Shown one piece after another: positions 28,601 to 44,290 of a DNA stretch of 64,000 nt. Below the pieces are notes generated by a model, which was not told the origin of the DNA, did not search any database, and was given only the letters and a program-made list of their open reading frames with translations. Positions within the stretch are counted from its first letter, which is position 1. The number at the start of each line of letters is the position of its first letter. The position numbers were made by a program, and so were the translations under genes. The stretch comes from Octopus vulgaris (Eukaryota): positions 159,030,001-159,094,000 of the forward strand of contig OX597814.1 in assembly GCA_951406725.2 (NCBI GenBank), given 5' to 3'.

Positions 28601-31600
28601 CCTCCACGAATAATGGTTTCCTTTATAATTTCTGTGAATTCAACCAAATTCATAATTAGCGTGTTAATTAACATATTCTAATAATTAGTCAAATATATAC
28701 ACTATATTTACTTTACTAGCACAGTTATTTTTCTGGGAGAATTAAACCTAATTTTCAGTTAGAAATAAAGATCAAATAATATATTTAATCAAAAGTTTAA
28801 TCCAAAATGAATTTTTCATAATAAGCGTTCTTTTTTCAAGTGTATTTTGTAGCAGATGTAAGGAAAAATATTAGCCGAAAAATCAAATATTAATCGTTCG
28901 CATCAATCAGTTTATAAGCAAACTCACCAATCGTTTCAGCATACGGTCGATCTAGATGGAAATAAAAAACCGTTATATATTTTTTTTAAATCTCTCAGCT
29001 GAATGCACAAGTTTCAACATTTAATATTTCAGTTAAATATGATATTCTATGGAACTTTGATTTCTTAAGATTTCGCAAGACAAATATAAAGAACTGACAT
29101 TATGGTAAGTGAAAAGTAAGTCTATTATGCATATTTCGTAGAACAGTATGAAGGATTGAAACTGTGTATGAATGTTGTGATACTAGTAATCAAAATACTA
29201 AGACTTATAAAATGCTTACTTTACTATCTAACGCAACAGTAAAATTCTGTACTTTACGTTTCAGAATATTCCAAAAATACGAATATAAACAGAATAAAAC
29301 AATAATTATATAATCTCTCAGACAAACGAAGACATGTTATACACCAGTACCCACAAGTTAGAAAAATACGAATTCTCCAAGCGGAATAAAATATGTTAAG
29401 GCAAGGTTTGATGTAAATAATTTTCAAAGCATTGGTCAATGCATATTAGACTTGATATACATATATAAAGCATAAAATGTTAAAACATTTCACTTAAATA
29501 GGATATTCTAGGAGACTTTGATTTCTCAAGATTATTGCAAGACAAATACATGGAACTGACGTAACATAACGGAAAGGGAAAAGCTAAGTTCATAACGCAA
29601 ATTTCGCAGGAATATAAAGGAAAGAAACATTGAATAGATGTAAATATTATTATTCAAAATATTTATGATTTAGAAAGCTTCTTATAAAGAAAAACACGCT
29701 TGATATGCATTCAAAGTTTCAATGATTTTAGCGGGTGCTTACCTATCCAATATTCTGGTTCTGTTAGAGGTTCTGTTAAATTAACCAAATATTCGATTAA
29801 ACGATTTGAAAAATGGACCTTTAGTTATTATAGTACTAAATTTCATGACAGTTACGGTTTGTAAATTTGAGATACGTGATATTTGAAGCTTTGTCTAGTA
29901 CAATACAGATTAATATCAAATCAAATGAGTAAAGCCTACTTCTCTGCTTGTAAAAAGTATTGGCGTAAATATATTATTTTGTAATGGAAATTTTCTTTTT
30001 CATATTAGAATTGTATAGGAATATGGAAAATATTTTTCTAAACTTATATTTTCACTTCTCACCGCAAGATGCCTGTCTATAGAGTGCATTACTTCAGTTC
30101 CCTCACTTTAGGTTCAATTTTTTCATCAACATTGTATTTAAAAATTCACAGTTTTGTTTTGACCACATATTTATAAACGAAAAGCTAATACCAATACAGT
30201 GGGTACAGTATATAGTTATTGGGCATCAGTTGATGATTGAGTCCATTGTTATTCTGACAAAATTGCTCTCGATTATAGGTCAGGGTTAATTGGTTTCCCT
30301 TGTACCCTTGTAACCAGCCTGTAACACTTGTCTCTCCTTGACGAGTGAAAATCCACTTAGATGGTGTTTCGGACACATATTCAAACATTCCACAAATATT
30401 TCCTAAATGAGTAAAACACTGAGTAGCAAATAAGTAATCATCAATTGAGTCCCAATTTATGTATATGTGAGTGAATGTATGTTTGTATCTGTGCATGTAT
30501 ATAGAAAGACACAGACAGACCCTTCTTTATAGAAAGGTACATAACGTACACTCAATACTTGAAGACGCGTCGATGGAATTAACAACACTAGGAAAATTTT
30601 GTTAGCGCAAACTATTTACTTCTAGTCATCCACTGCCACTCTATGAAACAGTATCATACTTCCGAAAGTGAAATATGAAGTAATCATTTGGTGAAACCCA
30701 GTTCCATTACTGTTATTACATATATATGTGTGTATCTGTGTGCATGTGTGTGTGTGTTTATGTGTGTGCGCGCGTGTGTTTGAGTGAATGTGTATGTGCG
30801 TTAAAAAGTTTTAAGTTCAACAACGGCAAGATGGCGCAGAAGCAAACGCGATGCAGAAATTTAACGCGTCCACTAAGGGGGGTAGAAGAAGAAGAAGAAG
30901 AAAAAGAAGAAAAAGAAGAGGAGGAGGAGGAGGGGAAGAGGAGGAGGGGAGGAGGAAGTGGAAGGTAGTAGGAGGATGAGGAGGTGGAGGCGGAGGAGGG
31001 GTGGAAGCGGAGGAGGAGAGAAGACGATGAAGAAGAGAGGGAACGTTAATATATATAACAGTTACGGGAAAAATATCCTCACCAATATAACATGCAGTTC
31101 CTCTCGCGCTCATGAAAATTAAAGAAATGTTAATATACTGCTTGAAAAAATCACATCTTGAACATTATTCTGTTCTGGAAATACATATTTTGTGATAAAA
31201 GCAACGTTTATTTCCAGTACAATGAATACAATGAACAAAACGAATATTCAAGATATAGTTAAAAGTAAAGATTATATCCCTAGACCAATAAGGGTCTAAT
31301 ACAAAAAAAGCGAAGAAATGACAAAAATACGCAATAAACAGCTACAGATAAGCGTCAGTATATTATTGATCATATCATAAAATACTGAGCCTCACTGCAT
31401 ATTCATTATATTACAAAAACGCATATATATCCTATATTCTCAACGATATAGTTAAGTAAAAATAAAGCATGTATAAGAGTTTTTATTAACAAGTTCCGAG
31501 GTGAACATTGGTATTTACTGTAACACACATTTCATGAAGCGAACATATCTTTCAAACCATTTTGCTGCACATTTATTCTTTTCTAACAAGGTACTAGAAA

Positions 31601-32335
31601 CTACACGAGAAAATAACGAGACATCTGAACGAAACCCAGCGACAAGCGGAAGCAAGACATCACTTGAGAATAATTTATGACTCACCAACTGAAGTTTCAA
31701 CCTCAGGACGTGTTTCTAGTGAAAGATAAATATACAAACCAGTTATTTAAAGAATCCAGATGGTAAGACTCACAAACATTGAATACACTGAGATAGAACA
31801 GATTATTTATGTACCTTTTTGAAATATAATTTCGACCACCCGAAACGAGGAATATATTATTACAAATTAATTGAAATTTACTCGAAATGTGTTTTCATAA
31901 AGGATATGTAAATGCAATAAGTGTTTAGATTTTATTTGTAATTTAGCAAATAAACACGTTTAAATAAATCTTTATTGAGTACATACTGCAAGTATCAATT
32001 GTACAATATCTTACCTGTGCGAGTTACTTTCTCCGTTACAACTTCTGTGGAATTAACAAAGTATATAGTTAAATGTCTCAAAAGAAAATTTCTAGCAAAG
32101 TGCACAATTAACTGACGTTTATATTATTCATATTGATTTGTATACTTCTAGTACAACGACGCAAATTATTAAAATGATAATGAATATTAAAAGATATGTA
32201 TGCGTTTGTGTCTGTATGAAGTACTTTAAAAGTATACAATTCTGGAATTCTCGGCCAATTCACGCGTTAGTTCCATAAGTAGGAGTTATACGAAGATGTA
32301 GATGCCCAAATACATATATATTCGTACACGCACAC

Positions 32336-32404
<69 letters not shown>

Positions 32405-32516
32405 AAGACAGATAGACAAACAGACATAAATATTTTGTATGCTAATCAAAATATTTGAAAAATGCAGTTAATGGATCTTGCCAAGTCAGTTGAATAAATT
32501 CAGAAGTAATCAACAA

Positions 32517-32572
<56 letters not shown>

Positions 32573-32623
32573 ATGTATGTATGTGTGTATGTATGTATGC
32601 ACTCACATATATACATATGTTCG

Positions 32624-32655
<32 letters not shown>

Positions 32656-34312
32656 CATACATACATATATGTATGCATATGTGTGTGTATGTGAGTGAAG
32701 AAACGATAAAAGAGCACTCAACAAATTTATTGGGAGTTACAGGTATGGATCAAAACAGTTTGATTCAAATTTGCTAGTACTCTTGAGTTTCAGGCGTGAT
32801 GCTAGTCGTCAGCCATTTTGAATTTGATTGACAAACTGATCGTTATTAACGTAAGGTGGGCTGCCATTTGTGGAGGAAGGTCACGCTGTGCCGTGGTTCG
32901 AGGTTGGTATATAGGTAACTGTTAGTTGGAAAATACCGCATGGTGAACAGGAAATTGGCCGCATAGAGGACAAGAAATAGACCACGTGGCTGTTAGGAAA
33001 TCGATCATGTTGTTGGAGGGGAAGTAGGAAGGGCGGTATGTGCAAGTATATAGTTGTAGATGTGGATGCGTAGACGCGCTCATATGGTTTTGAATGGATG
33101 TGTGTATTGATGCGGCCGTGCGCATCTGTACATTGGCGGGCACGCGCACATCCACACACATACTATATATATATACATACATTCATATCCATATAAATAT
33201 ATGCATATACATATAGGCATAAATTGTTACTGTTTTGTATGACGGACAATGAAGGAAAAAATAATCTGAGCATTCTTTAGAAGCACCAATGTTATTCGGC
33301 CTCAGTGATGGGACACAGAAGGAAAGTGACAATATCGCTATGACCGCTAGCTGATAACCAATGAAGGGTATGTTCTAGAGTCAAGTTATGTATAGAATAA
33401 TGAGTTTGGGTGCGCGTATGCACAGTAGTGTTTGTTTTTACGTAACTTTATAGATATATAAACGGTTGATCATTAAATTTAAGGATCACTCAAGGCATTT
33501 CAGTAGAGCACAATAATTTGATACCTGGAGTAACCTGCTGGTAGTAGACTGATCACAGTAAGTGACCTGAAACTTCGAAATCACAACAAACATTTTCTTC
33601 GTACACACACACACACATATTTTTATCTAAAAGCAAAAAGTATAGTCATCTCTTGTTCCATTTCGGTTGTAAATTGTGAATAGCCACCTTAATTTTATAT
33701 ATATATATATATTGAAGTGTATGTGGAAATGCAGATATGTATGTGTGTTCGTTGAAAGGGTTGTAAATCTGACACTTAACAGGCATTTCAAGACTGTGGG
33801 ATTGACACGAATAGCATTTCCTTTGAAATGTTACAAGTCAGAAACTGAAGGTCAAAAATATAGAATCAGCAAATTCCAGAATGCTGTGGACGAAGAAATG
33901 TATAAAGTAGTCTACGAAAGGTCTGTGTAGTGGAAAAGTATACGTGCAAAGAGGAGAAATAATGAATGAATCGATATTGTCTCTATATGTGATATATTAG
34001 CCATATACGAGAAGCATTGAGTCCTGAAGTTGCAATGGATTAGTTAAAGAAAGAATATAGCGCATGTATGAAGTTGGATTGTATCCGTTAGCAGTCTAAG
34101 TTGTTTGCCTGCATCGCAGAAGCACCCTTCCAAATATGGGAGCTTACTATTTTTTGAGGTATAGTTATCTAAAGTTGGTTGGTTGGTTGGTTGGTTGGTT
34201 GGTTGGTATTCGAGAATGAACTATTTTCTCGATAAGAATATTAAAACCCGTCATTGTGAGTCAGCCTTTGTTACATGTGTGTATATATGAATACACACGT
34301 AAGTACACATAC

Positions 34313-34383
<71 letters not shown>

Positions 34384-37316
34384 TATCATAAGAAGCATTC
34401 ATTGCACTACGAACAATGTACTGCCCAAGGCATATTCAAGAAACACAAATATAAACAGAATAAAACAAACGGAATAAAACAAACGGAAACACGTTATACA
34501 CCAGTAACCGCAAGTTAGAAAGGAACAGCTTCTCTAAGCGGAATAAACTGCGTTAAGACAAGGCTTCAAATAAATAATTTTGAAAGCATTAATCGAAATA
34601 TATTAATCTTGGTATACATATATAAAGCACAAATTCTTAAAATATTTTAATTCATCGCTGGGTATTATACTGGAGCTATTGTCGCTTTACGCATTTTCTT
34701 TCTATATGACATAATTAATGTGAAGTATGTGTCCTTATTTTCTGAACATATTCTTTTTAGTGTATATGCTTATGTGAGAATCTGCTTGAGTATGTATAGG
34801 CGCATGTGGATTTGCAGTATGTGACCTCACGGGAGAAAGAGGAAAGAGTACACATGTCAATGCGTTTCTATGTATTTTGTGTTACACACCAAATATAAGA
34901 GACATTCGCGTAGTTAGAGAGCCCTTCGTATTTTATTTGCTATATTCGAAACACTTACTATGAAGCCAAACACTGAAAGCGAGCAATTTTTTACAAACTA
35001 GACTCACCAACTGTAGTTTCAACTTCCGACGGTTTTTCTGAACGAAAGTTAAAATAAAGTGAATTAATTACATAGCGCAATTATTTCACAAACAAATATA
35101 AATTGGTGTTTATGTAAACATATTTTAGGTATCTGTAGTAAAATACATTTATCACACAAATAATTTCCTTTCTTTAATATTCGAGCCTCATTTAATTGAT
35201 ACATGTTTACGTATGTCATTCACACTTTTGTAAATATTGTTAATATATTAGAATTAGAAATATTTCCTTCTAAGTTTTTATGAATACAAAGATATCAATT
35301 TTAATGTTTATAATATAAAGTATTGTATATTATTCTAAAAACAAAAAAAAATATGAATTTTGATGAACATATGAATTTATTTTTAGAGTGCTTACCTATG
35401 CGAGATTCGGTTTCTGTAACAATCTCTGTGAAATTAACAATATAAAATTACCTGATGCCTTGATCATCTCTTAAAATATACAAATCTTAAATAGTCTAGA
35501 TGCAATAAAATGTATCAATAAATCTACACGTAAATATTTATGGATACTCTTAGGATATTTAGGTTAATATTTTAAAGTGTAACTCACTATTATTTTGATT
35601 TAATTATTTAATGAGATTAATGTTTATCATGTAACACACTTGTGAACACATTCCGCACAGCGGCTTGTGTCTTCGATGAACTTCATTTGACGTTGTTTTG
35701 GCTAGCTATGAACTAGTACTAATGAGAGCTAGAGACTTAACTCTGCGATAACGTGGCCTCCTAATCAGGGAAAAGTATTTTCAGTCACTCACGAGGGGTG
35801 TATGAAAGGTTTTGAGCCTTGAAGTCCTGTACTTTCATCAGGTCTTGTATCATATTTTTTTTCTTTTGAGGCTCAAGACTTTTCATACATCCTTCGTAGA
35901 TGCTGAAGTAAGTTCCAAATTAATGGGAATATAAAGTTTCGAAATACTATAGATTTATTATATATATATATATCTTAAATTTAACATCATGAATATGCGT
36001 TACATATTTATTCGAATTAAGGCAAATTATACTGCTAACATGTATACTAGTAAAAATTATTATGAAAGCATAACCTAGTAGGAAATTAATAGTAACAAAA
36101 ATATTCATATGTCTGCTTTATGTTAAGGATAACTGATGAGAAAACACACACCGACTGTGGTTTCGGCCTCAGAAGGTTGTTCTAAGATTTATATAAAAGC
36201 AGAAAAAAAAACAAATATGTAAAAAAAAGGACTATCTTCTACACACATTATCATACATTTCGCGTTATTTTTCGCTTCTATACAATGCTCTTACGTAATC
36301 TATATATTTGCACAATCTCCTATTTGTAGGGAAGGTAAAAAATAAATTACAGTGAGTTACTAAATGTCGGCCAGTAACTGTAATAAACTGACAAAAGATT
36401 CTTTTAATCTACGATTTAAAATTTTATGATATTATGCACCAACAATTGTACGACAATATTTGGACGAGATTAATGTGAAGGTATTTTGAATATTTTCAAA
36501 TATATATAGACGATTCTGGAAAGAATTACAAACACAGTATGTAACACGGAAATTCAGTATATTTGGTAATCTTTAAAGTAGAAGATTGCTCACCTATCGG
36601 ACGTTCGTCCTGTGTCACAATATCTGCGAAATTAATGAAATAATAGTGTAATTGTATCTGGCATTTGGGAAAATAAATCTACAAACAACATTAGAGCTAA
36701 TATCTAAATGAGAACTCCGAAAATTATAGCGATTTTAACTTTATGTACATTGCGCGCAAATATAATCGATATATAACACAGGTTCATGATAAAAGCTATA
36801 TGACATTCCAAAATAATCATTACACACGATACTAATTATATAATCAATTATATAATTGCGGTAAAGCCATATATGCTGTTTCCGTTGCATATATGCAGTA
36901 TTATAATAGCATTTAGGGTTATATATCTCTACAAAATCCTTATATGGATAAAATGACAAACGTGCTTTTTCGACTAATTTATCATATGAACTTTAAAAAT
37001 ATCATCGGACTTATCGCATAGCCGTTGGATCCACTTCTAAACAAATTTGCAGCATATTTCTTCTTATTTACAAAAAAGCAAAAACTAAGAAGAAATTACA
37101 GAACATGAAAGCATCAAAATGAATCTCAGCAATAAACAGGAGCGATAAATTATCTCTCACTCACCAACACTAGATTCCACTTCCGACCGTGTTTCTAGAG
37201 AAAGATAAAGGTAAATATATACCTCAATCAGTTACCAAAAAAGATATTATCGCTGTCAAATACACTAATTAGTTTTATAAAGAAGATTATATTTATGTGC
37301 TGTCCTATTCATAAAT

Positions 37317-37384
<68 letters not shown>

Positions 37385-37850
37385 ATATATATATACACAT
37401 ATACATACATGTATACATGCATATGAACATACATATACACATATATACATATATATACATGTATTTGATATACATACATATATGTATGTAAGACTGGACG
37501 TCTTCCATTCTGATTAAACTTTAGCGGACTAAGTTCATCTACCATGGTACTAGAGCTTTAATGATATGGAAAATTAGTACATAACCCATGTGCAGATGGA
37601 GTAAAATTAAACTATTTAATTATATATATATAACAATTACAATTTTAGAAAATTAGTTGTCGCAGAAAAGTTTCAGATTTTAATACATCGTGTTACTTTT
37701 TCTGTTACAATTTCTGTGGAATTAACAAAATATGTAGTTAAATATTTGAAAATTACTATTATAATTACTTGTTTATACGTTTCTCTAATTAGTTGGTGCA
37801 TTGATTCTCGATTCGATATGTAGAATACGTAAATGCATATAAATAGGATA

Positions 37851-37906
<56 letters not shown>

Positions 37907-40763
37907 AATATACCTATATCTAATGCGCATATCAGAAAAGCAAAACAGTTCTAGCTGAGATTTCGTGTAAATCTCTTTAAACTGTTGACTGATGGTGACA
38001 TATTTAAGAGTAGACATCTGTTCTACTGCATTACGAAGAGATGTACTATTATGAAATAGCAGCATGCAACGAATGCCATATCTCAAAGAAAATATCGCAA
38101 AACAACACCTGAATTTGTTTTTAGGTGAGAACTGAAATTACTGGTTCTATAAAATATTTCACAAGGTAAAATTCCCTGGAAATAGTTATTATCCTAAGAT
38201 CTTTCTCTGCTTTCTCTCGATTGCTAAACTACAAGTGATCTATGAAATAAATAAAATAACAAAACCCATGTATTTTGTCCTGGCTGTAATTATTTCCATA
38301 TGAACTGAAATACCTTACTTCAAAAATGCGTAATTAATAATTCATGTTATATCAAGTTGACGATTTTTAAAAAGAATGAAGTAGTGCTAAACATAATTAC
38401 TACCGACTAGATATTTTAGGAACTTCGTAATAACTAAGAAAAAGAAGTAACGAAATTGTAAGAATTTTGTGCATTTTTTCTAATTTTTGTTATTATAATT
38501 CATTGAATTTAAATTTCTAATCCCGTAAATTATTATCAAAAAGTTATCTCACTTGAGAAACCTGCGACCACAGAAGGAACCACATGAGTAAGAAGAGCAT
38601 AAATTTTAGAGATTTACCAAGTTTGTGCATTGCGAAGATTGATGATGATACTGTAGAGATTCCGCATTAATACTACTAAAAGAACCATAATGGTTGAGAC
38701 GTGGATGAAAAGATGATTCAGTTAAGTTTGTCATGCTCATTTCTCCATGAGCTCAGAAAGAGATTTAGTGTTGTGCAGTACATGGAGTCACTTTCATGAT
38801 TCAGATCGTGAGGCCTAGTATTTGGAGCAACTTCGAGGGTTCTAGTTACGTTCTTTTTTAAGAGATGGATGTTTTCTTGATAGGTGTAGTGTTTTACAGT
38901 GATAGGTATAGCGGTACTTTTGTGATGCTAAGCGAGAAGAGATTTGCATACTACTATTAGAGGATGTTTTTGAAGTATGGAATCAGCACGTTTCACGTGA
39001 TTTGTCTCGGTTTTATGTGGATGAAGGCTGATGCAGAAGTTTAGGAAATAATGAAGTATGGCATTATACAGATAAGAGAGGTTGCTGCTGGAGTAAAAAA
39101 GTACATTTTGGGGATGTAAAAAGAGTAATATAAGAGCAAATTCCTAGCGCACCATTTAATATGAATCAGAGATAATTGTATAAGTATATACCGCGATATT
39201 TCGATCTAACCGAGGAGCCGCCTATTCAAAACACGACAAACTAATGCGCCTCGTATACAGTGCTTTAGACAACAGAATCGCGAATCAAACGCAGTTGAAT
39301 GTATGGAGGTGCTTGTTTCTGTATGTGTATAAGTGTAAGTGTGGGTTAAGTTTCTGCCGATGGATGTGTGTGCTTTGTTACTACAAGAAATTGATACTGA
39401 CATAATAATTCATGATTAAAGTGAGACTACATACAACTCACGATAACTTATTTGCTACGTATAAAATCGAGCAAAATATTCATTAGAATTTAGACAACAT
39501 CTTGCACCATTCATTTTAAAGATGCTATTTTACGACCTAATTCAGAGGTTATCTTCGGTTATTTCAAAAATGTAAATGAAAGGGATATAAAGCAAAAATG
39601 TAATTATGAAAAGCAGACAAACGAAGTAATTGACACCAGATATAAGTTAAAAATGTACGAATTTTTCAAGGAAAATAAATTTCATGAAGAAAGAGCGCAA
39701 AGCAAATTAAAAATTATGCATAAATAGCTATTTTGGAAGTCAGAATTACTAAACGTCATGTTGTCAATATAAATTTGACTTAATATACAGACATGTTCTA
39801 AACGTTAGTAATATTCAGTTCATCATTGCTTAGCACAATCGGGCCGTTGTAACTTCATAGATTATATTTCTAATATTTGCCTATATTAATTCCATTTACG
39901 AACAGTGAAGTCAAATACTGAAAGCGTGCAAAATTATTCCTAATTAGACTCACCAACTGTAGATTCAATTTCAGATGGTTTTTCTGAATGAAACATAAAA
40001 TACAGTACAATGAGAAAGTTGCTGAAATAGTTCAAACATAAACACAGACTTGTGTCTAAAATTGTTGAAAAGGTTATGTGTTTAAATATAGTATGGTTAT
40101 GTACATAAATATTGCATGTGTATCATATAGCATTTGTATTATGATACTGATAATAGCATTTGTTACCTTTACATCTAATATCATGTATTATTTGCAACAG
40201 TTAATACTTCCTAGGTATATTTTCATAAATGCAAAAGGTAACTATATGCTTACCTATTCGAGATTCCGTTTCTTTAATACTTTCTGTGGAATTAACAACA
40301 GGATCAGTTAACTGTTGTCTTTATCAATTCGTAAACTAAATAAAACCTCCAATATTTATCACAGAATCTACACGGAAATATACGTCAGTAAACTTTCAAG
40401 TTAATTACTATACTCTTACATACCATGGAGAACATGATTTAATATTAAATATGTAATATGTATTCACATAAGATATAGCTCACACATTAGTTCATAACTA
40501 GATAAATTGTGCCATTAATGTTTATCCTAATAAAAGTAATAACAATAATTATATTGACACACTAATATATTTTATAGAACCTATTTAGGAAACACTTACC
40601 AACTGTGGTTTCGACCTCAGAAGGTTGTTCTGAATATGGAATAAAAGATTATGATAATAGAGAAGTTACGTCAAATAGAAACAGATGAAAAATATATATC
40701 TAAAAATATTTTATGTCATTGCTTGCCTACATTTCGAATTTTTACATACATACCTACATACAT

Positions 40764-40854
<91 letters not shown>

Positions 40855-43800
40855 TTCAAATTATTACTTAAGATTTATAGATGATTTTGAAAAAATTACA
40901 TATCCAAATTATATTAACTTTCAGGCCTATTGCTATAATATCGCAACATCTGAAAAATTAATAAGATGTATTGCAAATGATTCTCACGAACTTATGCATA
41001 TTTAATTATCAATGATATTGAAATGATACATGATAGAAGTTAATTTTAAAATTTATTTCAGTTTACACGGTACACGACAAATTTGTGTGAATCACTTTTC
41101 TTTCAGATGCATTGTTGAACAGACATACGAGCAAATACGCGTTGAAAACATTTAAAACATTCATTTTAAATACTGTTATTTGGTAACTCATATTATGAAA
41201 TCAGCAATGTTAATTTTGATTCTTGGCAACATTAAATCCAATATGCATTTATAAAATGAATGAAAAATCATCCAATATATTTGGGAATATATTGGTTGAC
41301 TCAATCATTCGGTAAATCGCAACAAAAGCTACACGGCATTCACGTTTCCATACGAACATATTTATCAACGGTAACACTATTTATTACATGGTCAGTATGA
41401 TATGAAGCTGTATTGTATTAAAATGGCGTATATGTTTCTGATTTCTCAACAAAATTCTTATGTGGAAAAATAACATATGTGATTATTTTACTAATAATAT
41501 ACTAAACGAAAATTAATTTTTTCTGTAACACATAATCGACTAATCGAATAGAGCGCATTCTATCCTTCTCATATGTAACGAAGCAAATTTTCCAACAACT
41601 ATAATTAACAAGAAACGATAAAATGACATACGAAGACATCAAAGTGACACTGAGCAACAAGCACAAGCAAGTAAGTCATTTAAGAATAATCTCTCACTCA
41701 CCAACTGTAGATTCCACCTCAGAAAGTTTTGCTAATCAAAGAATAAAGGCAAATATATTTCCATCAGATTAATCGCATAGAGAAAATAAGATCGACGAAC
41801 GCTAAATATACGAAGGTAGGCTGAAAAGTTCATAGGCTGTCAATGAAGGAGTGACATCTTGCATACATTAATTTCAATACTCCTTAATACTGCATGTGGA
41901 GGCGCAATGGCCCAGTGGTTAGGGCAGCGGACTCGCGGTCATAGGATCACGGTTTCGATTCCCAGACCGGGCGTTGTGAGTGTTTATTGAGCGAAAACAC
42001 CTAAAGCTCCACGAGGCTCCGGCAGGGGATGGTGGTGATCCCTGCTGTACTCTTTCACCACAACTTTCTCTCACTCTTACTTCCTGTTTCTGTTGTACCT
42101 GTATTTCAAAGGGCCGGCCTTGTCACTCTCTGTGTCACGCTGAATATCTCCGAGAACTACTTTAAGGGTACACGTGTCTGTGGAGTGCTCAGCCACTTAC
42201 ACGTTAATTTCACGAGTAGGCTGTTCCGTTGATTCGGATCAACCGGAACCCTCGTCGTCGTAATCGACGCACTGCTTCCATCATCAATAATAACTTCATT
42301 GATTTTATCCGGGTAAACTGACACCTGACTGTTCAAATTAACTAGCAGCGACTTCTCTTGAAAATGGGCAAAATTTCGCTCTGTGGTGTTATGAAGTACG
42401 TGCAGAAAAGGGTCTGGTCCCCAAGGAAATTCATGCCAACGTGGTTGCTACTGCTGCATTAGAGAATCAGCTCCAGCTTCAACAGTGCTATAGTAGGCAA
42501 CTGAATTTATGAGGGGTAAAAGAGAGTCTTGAAAATGGCCCAATGTCTAGATGTCCTGCAACTGCCACCACCGAAGACAACATTGATCATGTTCACCACA
42601 TGTTGACGGATAACAGACGATTGGCGATAAATCAAGCAATCAATACTATTAGCATATCCCGTGAGAGAGTTGAGAATATTCTGCACAATGAACTTGGTAT
42701 GACGAAGGTTTCAGCTCGATGAATGCACATCAGGCCGATCACATCACGGAAAAACCTGACATTTGCTTGAGGCAGATCCAGCTGGCTTCTTCGAACGTTT
42801 CATAACCCAGAATATGTTGGCTTCATCATATTAAGCCAGAAACAAAGAGAGAATCTATGCAGTGGAAACACCCCTTATCATCTACTTCAAAAAGGTCAAG
42901 GTCGTTTCATCTGCAGGGAAGGTGATGGTCTGGGGGTGCAAAAGATATTGCTTATTGACTACCCTCGAAAGGGCCACGCAATCAATGGGTAGTACTATAC
43001 CAGCTTGTTGGGGCGGTTACAAAAATCTATCAAGATCAAACACCCGGGAAAACTGACAAAAGGGGTCTTGATTCAGCGGGACAATGCTCTAGCACACAAG
43101 TCCTTTGTCTCAATGATTGCTGTGTATGACTGTGGCTTCGAACTGATTGATCACCCTCCCTATTCTCCTGATTTGTCCCCATCTGACAATCATCTGTTAC
43201 TCAACATGAAAAAATCACTTAGCTGGGAAGCAGTATCGCAGTGATGAAAGAAGTGGGTGAACCGCAAGGGAGGCTATGTTGAAAAATAAACTTCATTTGG
43301 TAACATTCTATCAGAGTATGTTTGTCAGCCTATGAACAATTCAGCTGACCCTCGTACTGAAGAAATACATGTGTGTCTTGTAAGCGTTTTGAAATTTGTT
43401 ATACTCCAAATAAATTTCGGTTATACCCAAAATATAAAAGTTTTATAAAGATGAGTTTCTACGAGAATTACAATTCATTATATAGTAAGAGTAGATGGAA
43501 ATTTTAGTATGTAAATATTGTGAAAAACTTAGAGATTTTATATCTATATTGTAAAGAACAATACTGAGCTGAATTATTTTTTAGTTAAAACGTTTCTGGA
43601 ATTAATAAACTCGTAGTTCAACAGCTACTTTATAAATGAATACACAATAATGTGGCGATTATCTGAAGAGATATGTGAGCAAGTAGTTGATACAAAGTTA
43701 CAAAATCTCGAATCAATACTTCGTTAAACATCTCGAAACAGAAAAGTTTTTAGCTTTAAATTTCTTTAAATCGAAAAGCCGGTGTAGTTAACATTGACAT

Positions 43801-44257
43801 TAGTGTTTTGTGCTTTCGTTTGCACTATTAAAGTCGGAATTGCAATCTCCTTTAACCCACTTTCTATAATTCGGTTGTTTGCTTTAAATTAATTAATTGC
43901 AGATTCTATACTTTATTACTTTAATGAAATATCTATGTATTCATGCATGTATGTATGTAACTATTGGGACCACCTCAAAGCCATATGCTGTGCCATATGC
44001 ACCTTACAGAAACTAAAATCCCAATATATAAATACTTCATGATACATCTTGTTTGCCCCACCGGTCAACTTTATCTAACATTATCCCGAAACCAGCTAAA
44101 AAGGGAACACAGTAAATAGTATTTAAACGATACCTGGACAATTCTCTCCGATGAATACCAGAAAATATATTTGTTCGTGTTTATGTATATTTCTTTATAT
44201 ATGTATAAACGCATTATTATTAGAATCCTTGTAACACTGATAAGTTTTTTATGTGAG

Positions 44258-44290
<33 letters not shown>

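Larger units (their letters stand above)
41811..43354 (+). mobile_element. Tc1/mariner (mariner-type) DNA transposon, defective
   Basis: TA target duplication; imperfect TIRs cgaaggtaggctgaaaagttcataggctg / cagcctatgaacaattcagctgaccctcg; transposase motifs QRDNALAH and [12 protein letters not shown]. Confidence 0.92.

Noticed and set aside
31078-31120. ctcac-caatataa... as a microexon
   Set aside because: The best acceptor gives 26 nt (frame-breaking) and the peptide does not match either class.
41898-41975. tRNA gene
   Set aside because: A and B boxes run on into a body of about 300 bp with a simple-repeat tail, so it is a SINE head.
43560-43600. Possible remnant of an [10 protein letters not shown] exon
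   Set aside because: Position fits but similarity is too weak to call by eye.
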